A stretch of 61,763 bases of DNA, counting the filler, from Choristocarpus tenellus KU-1152 (lineage: Eukaryota; Protista; Phaeophyceae), in assembly GCA_964200185.2 (NCBI GenBank). It is 6 parts of 6 records of this genome, joined end to end, with 100 filler letters (N's around TTAATTAATTAA, not from the genome) between each part and the next. Parts side by side here need not be neighbours in the genome. Positions count along the whole stretch, not along the records: positions 22,418 to 33,105 come from CAXNAD020002783.1; positions 33,206 to 43,233 come from CAXNAD020003199.1; 4 more parts are not named here. One strand, given 5' to 3'. The notes below the pieces were generated by a model that saw only the letters and a list, made by a program, of their open reading frames with translations, did no database searches and was not told the DNA's origin. The translations under genes and the position numbers were made by a program. Of the stretch, positions 27,148 through 39,458 are shown piece by piece. Numbering within the stretch: the first letter of the stretch is position 1; every line of letters begins with the position of its first letter.

Positions 27148-28059
27148 CTACGAATTGCGAAGTGCGTCCAAACGATTACGCAGGTCATCTCCTTCCGCCG
27201 CTGCAGGTTTTGCCGCCTCAGCACGTGGGGGAACTTTGGTGGATACCGGTCCGGCAACGTCCAGCTGCTCCCCAAGCTCCAGTCCTGCTTCGTCCGCTAC
27301 CATCTGTATGAGGGTGTCAACCTGATCTTGAGGGGTGCTCATGGAAGCACTTTCGCCCATAGCATTCTCCATGTAACCTGCTCGGACGTCCATATCTTCA
27401 AACTGCTGTTCGAATGATTCCATAGTCTTGGATATCCGCTCCACATCCATGGCTTTAAGTGCCACATGCATACCCTTGACAACTCCTTCCATAGATTTGT
27501 TGACCTAAGTGTCCACAAAAGGAAATGTGATTTATCAAATACATACAAGAGATTTGATTACAAGGTTGATTAGCTCTCATATAGATAAACGCCAAGAAAT
27601 AGAAACTAGCTGGGGAATCCTGAATGAGACCCATACGTGCAACAACAGGGTCTTGAGGTTGCATAGGGATTTGGAGGGCTAATTAAGGAAATCCCTCACC
27701 AACAATGCGAACAACCACCACGGTAAATGTTTCAGCATCTATCTTGCAAAAGATTTGTAACAGAGGTACAGAAAGGTGCTGGTAAATACCTGTTTCATCC
27801 GAATCGCTGTTTCCAAGCGCGAAGCCACCGCATCTATCCGACTACTCAGGCGTAAACAGTTGAGGGCTTGATTCTTTTCTCGAATTGCATTCTGTCCATA
27901 GATGCGGGCCCCTTCAATGTTACCAGCTTTAATAGCATCTCGCAGTTTCGCCTTCGCAACCTTCTCGTTCTTTGTGCACTTTACTGCACTCCGCTGTTGC
28001 TGTTTAGACGTTAGCCTAAGGTTGATGAGCTCATTCTCAAGAGATACCTTGTTACCCAT
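27148..28059 (-). CDS. CHMP1: Charged multivesicular body protein 1 (ESCRT-III, Did2/Vps46)
   Basis: Exons 28059-27790 and 27504-27148. Motifs ARIYGQNAIREKNQALNCLRLSSRIDAVASR and FEQQFEDMDV; C-terminal MIM1-like DLRNRLDALR. Confidence 0.95.
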
Positions 28060-28673
28060 TCCTGCGATTGTCTGTCACTCCACAATGAGATACGAGCTCA
28101 CTAATTCTTCAATGCCCTCCCCCTTCTTCCCTTAGGCAATGTGGATCTCGTTCTCACTGAAGTTCCAGTTATTCTTCCTGATATTTCTGAAAGAGGTGAG
28201 AGTCCATCTTACTCTCGTTTTCATACCTTGCAAAGAATGTTCCGATGTTATGTGTTTGTTCGATATTTGATATTTCGTGTATGTGTGCCTGTATGGTCAT
28301 CAGCAAATAACGATGTAAGGCGTTCCCTTGTCATCATCCTAGTTCGCAAGTGTGTGCAGTTGTGTGTGAGAGAGAAGCAAACTTTCCACCTCGTTTCTCG
28401 AGATTTAGACGTGTTCACAGCATCAACTGGGTGGACAGGATTTCGACACTCCGGCAAGGTAGGGTTTGTTTTGGGTTGGACAGGTAAATTGAGGTAGAGG
28501 ACTTGGTGACTGACATATTGTCAGGGGTTGTGGATGCACGAGTTCTTAGTCAGTGTGGCATTTGGAAGTCTACTTCTTTATTAATTTTACCTCAATTACT
28601 CAACAATAGTGCCTCAACCTTTGAATGAGCAGTGTTGGATCAGTGAGGCGGGAGAGTACTCCCCACCAGAGAC

Positions 28674-31664
28674 ATGGCGAAGCCTTTCGTGGAGGTACCA
28701 ACAGGGACAGTGGAGAACTATCCGTTGTTTCAACGGGGAAAGGATAGTACCACCGCATACTTGTATCGCTTGTTCCAGGAGCGCATCGTCATGTTTGATG
28801 GTGCAATGGGTACTATGATCCAAAAGTACAAGCTAGGAGAGGAGGAGTATCGTGGGGAGATGTTCAAGGTATGATTGTTTATCTACCCATGATTGATTGC
28901 CGTTGAATCTGCAATAGACTTCTCCTTCTAGGGAATTCTAGCACAAGTTGTGCAAGAACGAGAATCAGAGTCGAGCAGTTGAACCCCTTTTCTACCATCC
29001 GACTGAACTGCTGGATGACACCACTCACGTCTCATGTACAGGACTACCACACTCTAGTGAAGGGCAATAACGACATGCTCACCCTTACACAACCGCACAT
29101 CATCAAGGAGATCCACACCAAGTATTTGGAGTCCGGCGCTGACATCCTCGGCACCAACACCTTCTCAGCGTAAGACGTCTGTTATCTCTCGATGTTTCCT
29201 CCGTGATGCTCATGACTTGGTGACTCATGTGCCAATGATAGGCAGGACACTCTGCGCACAGGAGTTGCCCCGAACCTGTCATTCGTAGATGCACCTGTGG
29301 TTTGTATCTCTAGGTGTCCCTTGATCATGCAAGGTTTAAATGCGTTAGTCAAGCGCGTTCGTGACAACCCTCGATCAACTGTTGAACAGAGCAGATGATT
29401 AAGATTTTCCAGGTGTTGCAGGGGCATGTTCCTATTGGAGTGGTAAGTTGTACTGGAATGGAGCTTGATTTGCGCAGAAATGTGCTGTACCAGCTCTTGT
29501 CGGATGATGTCCTGATCGTAAAGCATGCAAACACATAGGATGTAGCACTCTCCAGGATGTGGCATTGTTAGCTTTCCATTGAACCTCCTCTCACAGAAGT
29601 CCACTACTTTCTTAGGGATATGCTCCTCTGATTTTTGTATGGTGAAGCATCCTCTTGTCATGAAACGGGCATGTTTCAACCTCACCCCATTTACTCTCTT
29701 GCCATCTTTACAATCAATCCCGTGAAGACGGCAACGTCATGAGCCTCCTGACCTTGTCCATGCTGGTCTAACTTTGGGTGCCTCTTCTGTATTGCCATTT
29801 GTCTTTTGAATTGATCTTGATAGGGTGAGGCGTTACCACCTTGGTTTGTGAACGTTTTCTTGATGGTTTGTCCACGCTCCTCTGCTTGTCCTTGGCCTTT
29901 CTCCTTTTCAGGTTGCACTCCCTCTCGGCTAGCAATACGTTCATACTGCTCAACATTTTTTTGATCTGAAATCGAGAAAATACTTCAAGTGTGCCTAGTT
30001 CGTTGCCCAGGAACAGAATCGACATTTTTGTTACTAGGGGGTCGAACATTTGCTGAGACAATCAAGCACAGTGCAATTGACAATCAAGTAATTGACAATC
30101 AAGCACAGTGTAATTCCCAACTCCTAATTCCCAACTCCTTTCGTTCCCTTCATATTGTGTCGTGATGTCCAGGACTACCATCGCCATGGCAGATTATGAC
30201 ATGGAGGATTATGTATATGATCTCAACTTCAACAGTGCAAGGCTGGCCAAGGAGGCGTGTGAGGAGGTGACTGCTTTAGACCCTACCAAACCTCGGTTTG
30301 TGATGGGCTCCATCGGTCCCACCAACCGGACAGCATCCATCTCCCCGGTGAGAACAAGAACATTTAATATATATTGGGAGGCATCTGTGTATGTGTGTGT
30401 GTGTATGTGTGTGTGTGTGTGTGTATGAAACGTTTGTAACGGTAATTGCTCTCCTTGCACTTTTCCAGTCACTTTTTTTCCCTTCCACCGAAGAAAGTGG
30501 AGTTATTGATAGCTTGTATTGATAGCTTGTGTCCCCCCATGCATTTACCGGTCCTTCCCGAAGAGGTACTTGGGGGGGTAACGGTGACGATATGAAGGTT
30601 GATGGTGGCAACTGCACCAAAATGGTATGCCTGTTTAATGTCGTAGCTACACTCTTGTTCTGTCTATGACTGCAGATTCGAAGTCCAGATGTACCAATAC
30701 ACCTCTGATGACAATGTCGTGGTGACAAAGGCATTGTTGGATTATCTTTACCGCTCTCTTCTGTCTGTCCTTTCCATATCTTTCCCTGTTGACTATAAAC
30801 GCTGCCCTTCCTCTCCTCTCCCATGTTTTCTCCTCTGGGGTCCTCACATCCGCTGCTCAGGATGTCGAGGATCCATCCTTCCGGAATGTTACATTTGATG
30901 AGCTGGTGGAGGCGTACTATGCCCAGACCAAGGGTCTAGTGGAGGGGGGTGCGGATATCATTATTGTGGAGACAATCTTTGATACACTCAATGCCAAGGC
31001 TGCTCTCTTTGCGGTTCGCAAGTGAGGGTTAGGGTTAGGGTTAGGGTTAGGGTTAGAGTTAATGGGGGTGTTTGTGAGCGTGAGATCAACTTGTCCTGGG
31101 GAGGGTGGTCAATGACGGGGAGGTGTTTGATACTTCACAGTTATTGTTGGTTTTTGAATGGGAGTGAGGGTAGTAGGGGGTTAATGGGAGTGTTTGTGAG
31201 CGTGAGATCAACTTGTCCTGGGGAGGGTGGTCAATGACAGAGAAGCGTTTGATACTGTGCAGCTGTTGTTGGTTTTTGAATGAGAGGAACGGTATGATGA
31301 ATGGCCATTATTATGGCGGTGGATGGAGACACTGAGGTAGAGTTGACTGAGAGTTGTTTCGTACGATGATACGTGTTGAAGGGGGTTTAACTCCTAGTCA
31401 TGTCCTTCAAAGCGTTGGATCTCTGACTGACGAATGGTTTTTCACTGGACAGCACATTTTCAAGAGGGGAAAAAAATATAGCTACGTGGAGCCTTCTCCC
31501 CTCCTCCTCCGACTCTATGTTTGCCATCTCCAAACCCAGCGTGTTATGTCCTGTTATCTTTTGTCAGGTACTTTGACGACGAGGGAAAAACAGACATCCC
31601 CCTCTTTGTTTCAGGAACACTGGTGGATCAGTCTGGGCGGACGCTATCAGGGCAGACTACTGAG
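28674..31664 (+). CDS. METH: Cobalamin-dependent methionine synthase, homocysteine-binding domain, 3'-partial
   Basis: Exons 28674-28868 ([10 protein letters not shown]), 29042-29169 ([17 protein letters not shown]), 30173-30347 ([14 protein letters not shown]), 30861-31021 ([12 protein letters not shown]), 31568-31664 ([16 protein letters not shown]). Confidence 0.96.
31025..31060 (+). repeat. Interstitial telomere-type repeat (AGGGTT)5 overlapping a splice donor
   Basis: AA|GTGAGGGTTAGGGTTAGGGTTAGGGTTAGGGTTAGAGTT. Confidence 0.9.
31058..31285. repeat. Tandem duplication, period ~122 bp
   Basis: GTTAATGGG.GTGTTTGTGAGCGTGAGATCAACTTGTCCTGGG occurs at 31058 and 31180. Confidence 0.85.
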
Positions 31665-33105
31665 GTGATTTTCTCACTAGGTCTCAAGCCGTTGTTCCCC
31701 CCCCCTTGCCCCTTTCCAACTTGCACGATTGTGAGACCTCCCCCAACCCAACTCTGCCCCTCCCAGTGAAGTACAATCTTGTAATGTGAGTATCCTGTCG
31801 TTAAAATAATCACACACTGGTGTATATGGTGATTATTTTTTTTTGCTTGGAAGGTTTGTTCCCATGGTGATTTTTGTCTACCATGAATGAAGTGTTGCTG
31901 TTTCCAGGTTGTCATACTTTATCCCGGGTCTCGTGCGTCTGCTTGCTGTCCTGGTCTCGTGCGTTCTACTAACACCCCTGAGGTTGTTCTGTAACACTGT
32001 GTGTGTTTTAAGTCTGCTTTGGTGTGTTAGTTGATATGCGCCGGCAGGATTGTGGAGTTGGAAAGGTCACAAGGTGCGGGGTAGATAGAGTGTTGCAGGG
32101 AGTTGTAGGAGGTAGAAGGCAAGCATCAAGGAGGTTTGATGTTGCCGTTGATGAGATGGTCATACCTACAGATCATGGAAGGAGGGGGAGGGGGGGCACG
32201 TGCGGACCAGAGGTGAATAGAAGTGTATTTAATATGAAATTTTATTTTATTATATTATATTATATTATATTCTATTATATTCTATTATTTTTTATGAAAT
32301 TGACTCGTGTGTTGCTGATACTGCTGTTGACTCTCTTTCCCTGTTGACTCTGTGTGGGCGTTGCCCCTCTTCGCTCCGGGAGGGGCTATTTTTTTTTAAT
32401 ATGTAGAAAGGAAAATACCTAGAATGTGATCGATTTATGTATTTTTTTGCTAACGGTGATATTGATTCCTCGATCTTGACATCTGCGTCGATAATCATGC
32501 AAATATATTTTTAAAAAACCTGTTTATTTATTTTTAATGTAAGTGTAAGTGTAAATGTAGATCTTTTTTGTATTTCAATATTGTGCTCTTACCGAGTGTA
32601 CTTCCTATCTTTTTTCTTTTTTATTATATCATTTGCCCTCAGGGGTAGTGCTAGTTTTCTTTTTTTCTTTTTTTTTGCTCTGCTGGTATGGATTTGTAGT
32701 GACATCGATGGCATTTTTTGTGAGGGTGCGCGCATCGAATCTGAACACAGACAAACAACTATATACGAGAATCCCCTGCTGCAGAACACCCAGAGTGATC
32801 CCAAGCACACACTGCTGCACGAAAGATTCAATCGCCACTACCGCGACCCTCACCGTGGCCGCACTCCGTCCTGTCCACACGCCATCACGCCCTCCGTAAC
32901 AACTCCCTGTCTCAGTCACCGGAACCAAACCGTTCCCCTGCCTGGACTCTGGACAAAACTTGAAGAATTTAAAATTTCACCTTTTCTTTTCCCTTTTTTC
33001 TTGTCTTTTCTTTTCTTTCCTCTTTATTAACTTTTCTTTCTCTTCTTTTCTTTCAATCTTTTTTATTTTTATTGTTTTCCTTTCTTTTCTTGTCTTTCTT
33101 TTTTT

Positions 33106-33205
33106 NNNNNNNNNNNNNNNNNNNNNNNNNNNNNNNNNNNNNNNNNNNNTTAATTAATTAANNNNNNNNNNNNNNNNNNNNNNNNNNNNNNNNNNNNNNN
33201 NNNNN
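33106..33205. other. Artificial contig linker
   Basis: N44-TTAATTAATTAA-N44. Confidence 0.98.
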
Positions 33206-33266
33206 CCATTAAGCCCACATCGACAACCTGAGCTAAACATCCCCCCCCTCTAGGATACCATGGGCT
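33206..33266. mobile_element. MITE family D terminus at contig start
   Basis: CCCCCTCTAGGATACCATGGGC matches the family D right end. Confidence 0.65.
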
Positions 33267-33499
33267 GCTTGGACTACCTTAGCTGCTGCTTTAGCATGAC
33301 ATACATCAGGTTTTATATCTTCCTTGGAAAGTCATCCTGCCATGAAACTTGATGTGCTGGCAGCCACGCTCGTACCACTTCTGTTCAATAATGCCCCTTG
33401 CGCTCCATCCCTCCAAAACAATCCCAAACTTCGCAAAGTGTCTTGTAGGCACATCCACCAGTTCTTCTCCTGTCCATCTTGCTCTCATTTTCCAGTTAG

Positions 33500-35150
33500 T
33501 TACAACCTTACCAAACATCAACACCTTGGGAAATCACTCATTCCCTACGTGTGCAACTGACCCAGCAAATGGATGTGTGTGTTTGTACACAGTTACCTCT
33601 ATACTTTCATGCCCAGTCTTCATGAGGGCTTCTTTGTTGGATAGTACATGATTTGTGTGTTCCCATCTTGCAATATCCAATACTTTGAAGTACAATATAA
33701 AACCAACTATTGGTGATGGGAGCGAAGCTTCTTTAGAGTAAACCTGGCGGAGTGTCCTTGTCATGCAACCATATAAACAGTTATACATCAGAAGATTAAG
33801 CACTCCAACATTGAGTTATCCAATTTTAAGTTCTAGTGATATACCTGAGTTCCTGTCATGGAGGACTTGACTGAACAACTCCAAGCTTTCTGGATCCTCC
33901 AACTGATCTTGGCGGTGATAGTGGCTTCATCAATGATGGTGTCCTCAAGGTAAACAAACTTATCAGCCTGCTTATAGTTCTGGTCTAGTTTCTGGATTTG
34001 CATAGTGACTTCAAGACATACTAGGGAGCTGGAGTCGCATGGTCTGTCTTCAGCTCTGACATGGTCAGGCTGAATGATCTGGCTACCTTCACAATTACCG
34101 TCATCCTGGCCAAATTTCCTTAGGTCTTGGAGATGATGTCTGCACCATCAGCAAGAAGTAGATCCTACACGAGTCACTCACGTGTTAACCTATGCCTTGT
34201 TGCTCCTCCTAGGATCTGGTGGTTTGTGACCACTCTCTTCACGACAAGGCCGATGACAAGTGGTTTCTGTCTTCAGCTCTCACATGGTCAGACTTAATGA
34301 CCTCGACACCTTCGATTTGATTTGTCCCATATGTGGAGAAATTCGATGTACTCAATTATAGCATAGTCAGTGTCTTTGTCATAAAATTAATGCCTAAATC
34401 ATCAGCAAAAGTATACCCCACAAGATCTGTTCAAGTGTTTTTAACCCACTCTGTGTTGCTCCTCCTCGGATCTGGTGGTCTGTCTATTCTCTCGATGACA
34501 ACAGATCTTGGAAATAGTCGGATCAGGCATGAATTCCTTAACTCCTACACTGAGCATCGCAGTGAAGAAGATACTGAAGAGGATGGGAGCAAGAAAATAA
34601 CCCTGTGAAAGGCCCTGTCCAACCTCAAACAAGACTGAGCACTCACCATCACTTATGTGAACACATGCCCACGATTCATCATGGAATTGATGGATGACTA
34701 AAATGATCTTCTCACTCCAACTTCGACAAGCACAGCGTACAACAGATAATTATCTACGAAGTCATATATATGCATTCTATAGGCCAATAATGCACATGAG
34801 TATAGAGGTACGTGTTTCCTGCCAAGCTCTTGAAGGGCATGTACAACTACATAATGTCCACAGTTGAGCACAGACTGGAAGCCATACAATTCCTCATGGA
34901 GTATATTCTCCTGTTCCAAGAGATTTCCTAGCCCCCGTGTAACAACCTTGAGAAATAATGTGTTGTGAACATATGTCACCAATGAGGTGTCCCTGTAGTT
35001 ACCATAATTTGTCCATATAATAAAACGATTGTTGCTGTCTGTGCCAATAACAACCACTGCAAATTGTTTGGGACTTCATTGTGACGTACTAGACCACGTA
35101 GCATCAGTTCTTATCGGTGTTGCAATACTCCAGATGTTGAGATTCCGAGT
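33500..35150 (-). mobile_element. Decayed non-LTR retrotransposon reverse transcriptase (RTE-like)
   Basis: Broken frames contain FEVGQGLSQGYFLAPILFSIFF, ILFADDLGI, a second LLLADGADII, and KTGHESIEVTV near the 3' end. Confidence 0.8.
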
Positions 35151-35221
35151 TCAATGTCTAATTATATAGAGGAATGGGAAATAGGTGGACAAGTTTGGTC
35201 AAGTTCTATTGTTGCGGAAAG

Positions 35222-35401
35222 GACCCAAAGTATCTGGGGGAGGGGGGGGGGTCTACACCTGGGTGTCCATTTAGGTCAAAATAAGGAAAAGTGCATTTAC
35301 ATGATCCATCAGACGTATGCAATCAAATCACCAAAAAAACGCGACATGAAAAAGTTGACCCCAAATGGACAGCTGCCACCCCCCTCCAGATACTTTGACC
35401 C
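35222..35401. mobile_element. MITE family C, full length (~180 bp)
   Basis: GACCCAAAGTATCTGGGGG...CCAGATACTTTGACCC; TSD AAAG; reverse-orientation homolog at 49514-49691. Confidence 0.9.
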
Positions 35402-35949
35402 AAAGGCTGAAGGGAACCCTTTCCTAGCAGGCAACTGGAACCTCTACTCTCATTATTCACTGAAATCCTGCTGACTGTTGAATATCTGTCCTCTCCACCT
35501 CAAACAAGCGCCAAAATGTGACCTCTTGGCCCATGGGTTTTCACTGTTGTTGGTTACATGTTTCTTTCCTGTATGCTGGCATGAGCTGAACCTCAGGCTC
35601 TACTTCCTTCATCTCGCTTCCATCCCCATGTTTGTCTTCCTTGGGGCCATGCTCCACATGATAGAGGGCACGTCTCAAACACCAACAAGTACGATATTTG
35701 CAGCACCAGAAACACCTTCCTACATTTCCGTCATACGCATTACATACTCCCGATTATTGTATCGTTTTCACTGACATCTTGCAGACATTGTCCTGTGGGA
35801 GGAAGAAGAAGAAGACAGTGACGGAAAGAACAAAACAACATAATTAGAGCCTGAAAAAAAAAAGAAACACAGGTGTAGAGCACCACAAACACCCCAATAC
35901 TAAAGGGTTACCATATACACCAACAAGAGGTGCAGCGCATGTGAGGAAA

Positions 35950-36900
35950 AGAAACCTTGCTATGAAAAGGACTACCAAGGCAGATGGAATCACTTGTAGA
36001 TTGACACTATGGAGGTGGTGGTCGAGAACGCGAAGAATCTTAAGAATCAGCCAAGCCCCAAGTAGCCCACTCACCTGGTGTCTCCAGTTTGAAATACATG
36101 ACACGCCTGGAGATTGCTATTTGAGCAGGTACTGACATAGTCACTCAGAGGTGTACCTTCACTGCTCCTAAAGATTCGCTGCCATTCACAACACGAAAGG
36201 CCAGCTCATCCAGGAATTGTTCTGCCTGTGTCATTACGAGCCTGAAACTATCCACCACCAAGGCAAAAAAGTTGAAACTACTGAATGTGGTTACACTTCT
36301 GGACCTCAGCCCCAGCAGTAGAAATGCCATTGTTGGTTGATGAGTGCCTAAGGTGGCAATCCGCTTCAGCCTCAGTGAAGGTCACATCGATAAGTAACCC
36401 CTTCTGCTGGTAAGGGGCAGTTGCACTCTTGGAGAGTAGTACCACTGCAAGGAATACTGCATCCATACAGAAATTTAGGTTTATGGTAAAGAGGAAACCA
36501 TATTCCAGGGTGCAGGTGACACCCATCTACCTGCATATAATGCCCAGTTGCCTAATCACAGATGAGTGCTACCAAACTTGCTCTTGGGCATGTGCAGGAA
36601 TAACCAGTGCCTACTCCTTTTCCCCTACAGCCATCCACTGGGCAGTCATTCGGTAACACTCCCTCGACCCTTAAAGGGCAGTCTATTGTAAGGGGCAGTT
36701 CTGGGGAAGGTGTCCATCCGCTTTGCTGACTCCAAAGGTTGGATGGTTGCCCAAGTGCTGGCCCCTTTCCCACACTGGCTCCTGTGCTGACCTGAAGCCA
36801 CTCAATAATCTCTTGCCCAGACTGGGGTCTGTAGGAAAGATTGCCAGGTGGGAGTGGAAGGAATCAGAGCGAAGTCGGCTAAGTAGGCGGTTGATCTCGT
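35950..36900 (-). mobile_element. Decayed CRE/R2-like non-LTR retrotransposon, C-terminal restriction-like endonuclease region
   Basis: Frameshifted text MDAVF...GLLIDVTFTEAEA...EVQKCNH...LVVDSFRL...FLDELA fits the D..DVT..K..ESFG layout of RLE domains. Confidence 0.6.
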
Positions 36901-37749
36901 GTTTGGGTCATCTCACCTTCCTCCATGCATCATGAGCGACCAAAGAGACGGTTTTCCCACCCATGCGGGCAGGTAATTTGACAGCATCAAGGAAAAGGTA
37001 CATGAAGCCATGGTGTATGTTCATTTTGGTTGATCCAGGCGGTGGTGGAGGCATAGATTGCCCAGGGTGTGGGGCCCCGATTGAGAGACCAAGATTCGGG
37101 GTAAGGGGAATCAAGTATGGCAGTAAAGTCTGGTTCTGAGGCAAATCTTGGATGTCTGGATTGAGAATGGCGATGGTGGGAAGGGAGTGGGATGGAAAGG
37201 GCTCAGAAAAAGGGATGACTAAGGACGGGGAAGAGGATTGGGTTCGTAGGGAAGTTGTAAATGCCTATGGTTGGATGGGATACTCCAGAGCCTCATAGGA
37301 GGAAGGAGATGATGTCTGGGCGCGGCAAGAGGGTCATTGGATGGGGTTCAAAGGAGAGTAATGGATGTAGAGGCCAGAGGTACAGTCCAGGTGGAGGGGG
37401 CGCTGACAGGGAAAAGGAAGGACGGGGTCGGGTATGGGGGAGAGGAAAATAGGGCAATGGTCCGTGGTGCCTGGGTAAGGGTGCTAGGGTGGGCGAGAGT
37501 TCAGATCCTCAGCAAGGCAAGCGACGAATCCTCGAGATACCTCCTGTGGGGGTGTTGGCAATAGCCTGTTCACCTGCATCGTCTCTTGGGCGTTTAGTGT
37601 TACCGAACCCTACTGTACGTGTGTTGGAGGCGTGGTTTCCGATCCCAACACCCCCCCCACCGTCCTGTGTCTTCTCCAGAGTTCCTCACAGGTCTTTCCT
37701 GGCTCTGCCTAGTATACACCGCCCGGCCATCGTCAGCGACGCCAGGAGA

Positions 37750-38370
37750 GTTGTCAGGTTGGCTAGCGTTAGCCCTTGTGCCGAGAAGATGACTACTCCA
37801 GAGGGTGGGGATCCTCCTCAATATGGAGAAGACATTCGTATCTCCCTCAAAGGGTCACCAGTCCATCCAGTTCGAGATACATCCCTAAGCAATAGGAGGC
37901 ATCAACCTTGCCCCAGACCCTGATGGTTTTGTGAACCTAGCACTCCTATTGGCACAGAAACCTTTATCCAAGCTCACTTGGCAGGAGTCCTGGAGAGCTC
38001 TGGCACTAGGGAAACCCCCACACACCAGAGATGGAAGATAAGCAGGACCATGCCTCATCAATACCTGGTCCCTCTCCTTCCGCCTCAGCTATATAGTCAG
38101 GGTTATTCCACCACGAGTACCGGACCCCAACATGAAAAACGCTTATAATACCTCTCCGTGCGCCCTAGAGAGGATCATGGGGGTAGGTGACTGACTCGCT
38201 CCACGCCAGACTTTGAAAAAGGATGGCAGTAGGTCACTACTGTTGGGTACCCACCAACGAGTGCAGGCCCAGATGCTAACCGGAACAGATGATCTAGTTC
38301 TTTCCTTCATGATTCATCGCCACTATGCTGCCTTCGTAGGCTCATTCAGTGCCACCCTCCCCACCCTCCT
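37750..38370 (+). mobile_element. Decayed CRE-like retrotransposon, post-RT region
   Basis: Broken frames contain TPIGTETFIQAHL, EMEDKQ and SFRLSYIVRVIPP. Confidence 0.5.
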
Positions 38371-38625
38371 CCCATGTCAATAAGGTATTGATTGTATTAC
38401 TAATGATATGTTTTTCTTGTAATATTTGACTTACTGAGATGTAGAAATGTATGGTACATACTGTAGTATGTTATTAGTGATAGTACAATACGGTATCGTA
38501 TAAATTGTTTAGTTCAGAAGGTATTTGAATTTCTAATTTCTGAGTTAATCCTCTACACAACTTTCCCTGGAATTTAGAGAAGTGATCGGTACATACTCTC
38601 TCTGTGGTCTTCTAAACCCCACGCC

Positions 38626-39458
38626 ATGTCGAGGGCTGCAGCTGTAGTGGCGCGAAGTTTGAAAGATGCTTCCAGGTTTGGCGTCGAAGGTGGGCTCCAG
38701 AGTCTGGTGCTCCATGCCAGCGATGATCTCGTTTGCCGAAACCTCATGTGCGAGAAAGTTGGCGAGGCTTGTGTGTGCAGGTTGGCAGTCACACTTTCGA
38801 GACTCAAAGACTTGAGGGAGCTAGATGTATCAGGAAATAGGTTGGGAATACTGCCGGACACTGTGTTTGCACTCACCGGTTTGGAACGGCTGGATCTCAG
38901 TGGTGAGTTGCACAATGCATCACTACCACCCAACTCATGTTGGTTCTCCCACAAGCTGGACGACGGTTCGACGCATTAGATTTACGCAAAAGGAGTGCTC
39001 TAAGAACCCCTTCACCCATATTTCCTCGCATGTCTGTGTCCATATGTGATGTTTTTTCGCACCTTAGCAGTCCAATTTTGTAACGTATGATTTGGATGTC
39101 TTGCCTCTCTTTCGACTACCACAAACTCAGCATAAGAATGATTGTGAATTGACATCTGGACATGACGGAATATAACCAAAACGCCTCTTCTACATGTGTT
39201 ATGGTGTCGTTAATTCCAGGGAACAACCTCGAAACCATTCCATCCGGGATATCGAGACTTACAGAACTGAGATATTTACACCTTTCAAATAACAGTCTCA
39301 CAAGACTCCCCTCCGAAATGGAGCAATTGACTCGCCTGGAAGAACTACATGTGGACGGTAATGAGTTCATGAGAGGGATCTTGGAAGAAACTTTGGGAAG
39401 GCTGCCGGGTTTACAAATTGTGGGAGAAGCTGAGCAGAGGCTGATGCAGCGGACATGA
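38626..39458 (+). CDS. Small leucine-rich-repeat protein with N-terminal Cys cluster
   Basis: Exons 38626-38902 and 39220-39458 (G|GG). Four LxxLxLxxN repeats: LRELDVSGN, LERLDLSGN, LRYLHLSNN, LEELHVDGN. Confidence 0.9.

Noticed and set aside
31022-31237. [14 protein letters not shown]...
   Set aside because: It is a translation of the intronic TTAGGG tract.
32200-33105. ORFs near the contig end, including AFFVRVRAS resembling the next METH exon
   Set aside because: T-rich, low-complexity and probably low-quality terminal sequence; the expected GLNCALG motif and splice sites are absent.
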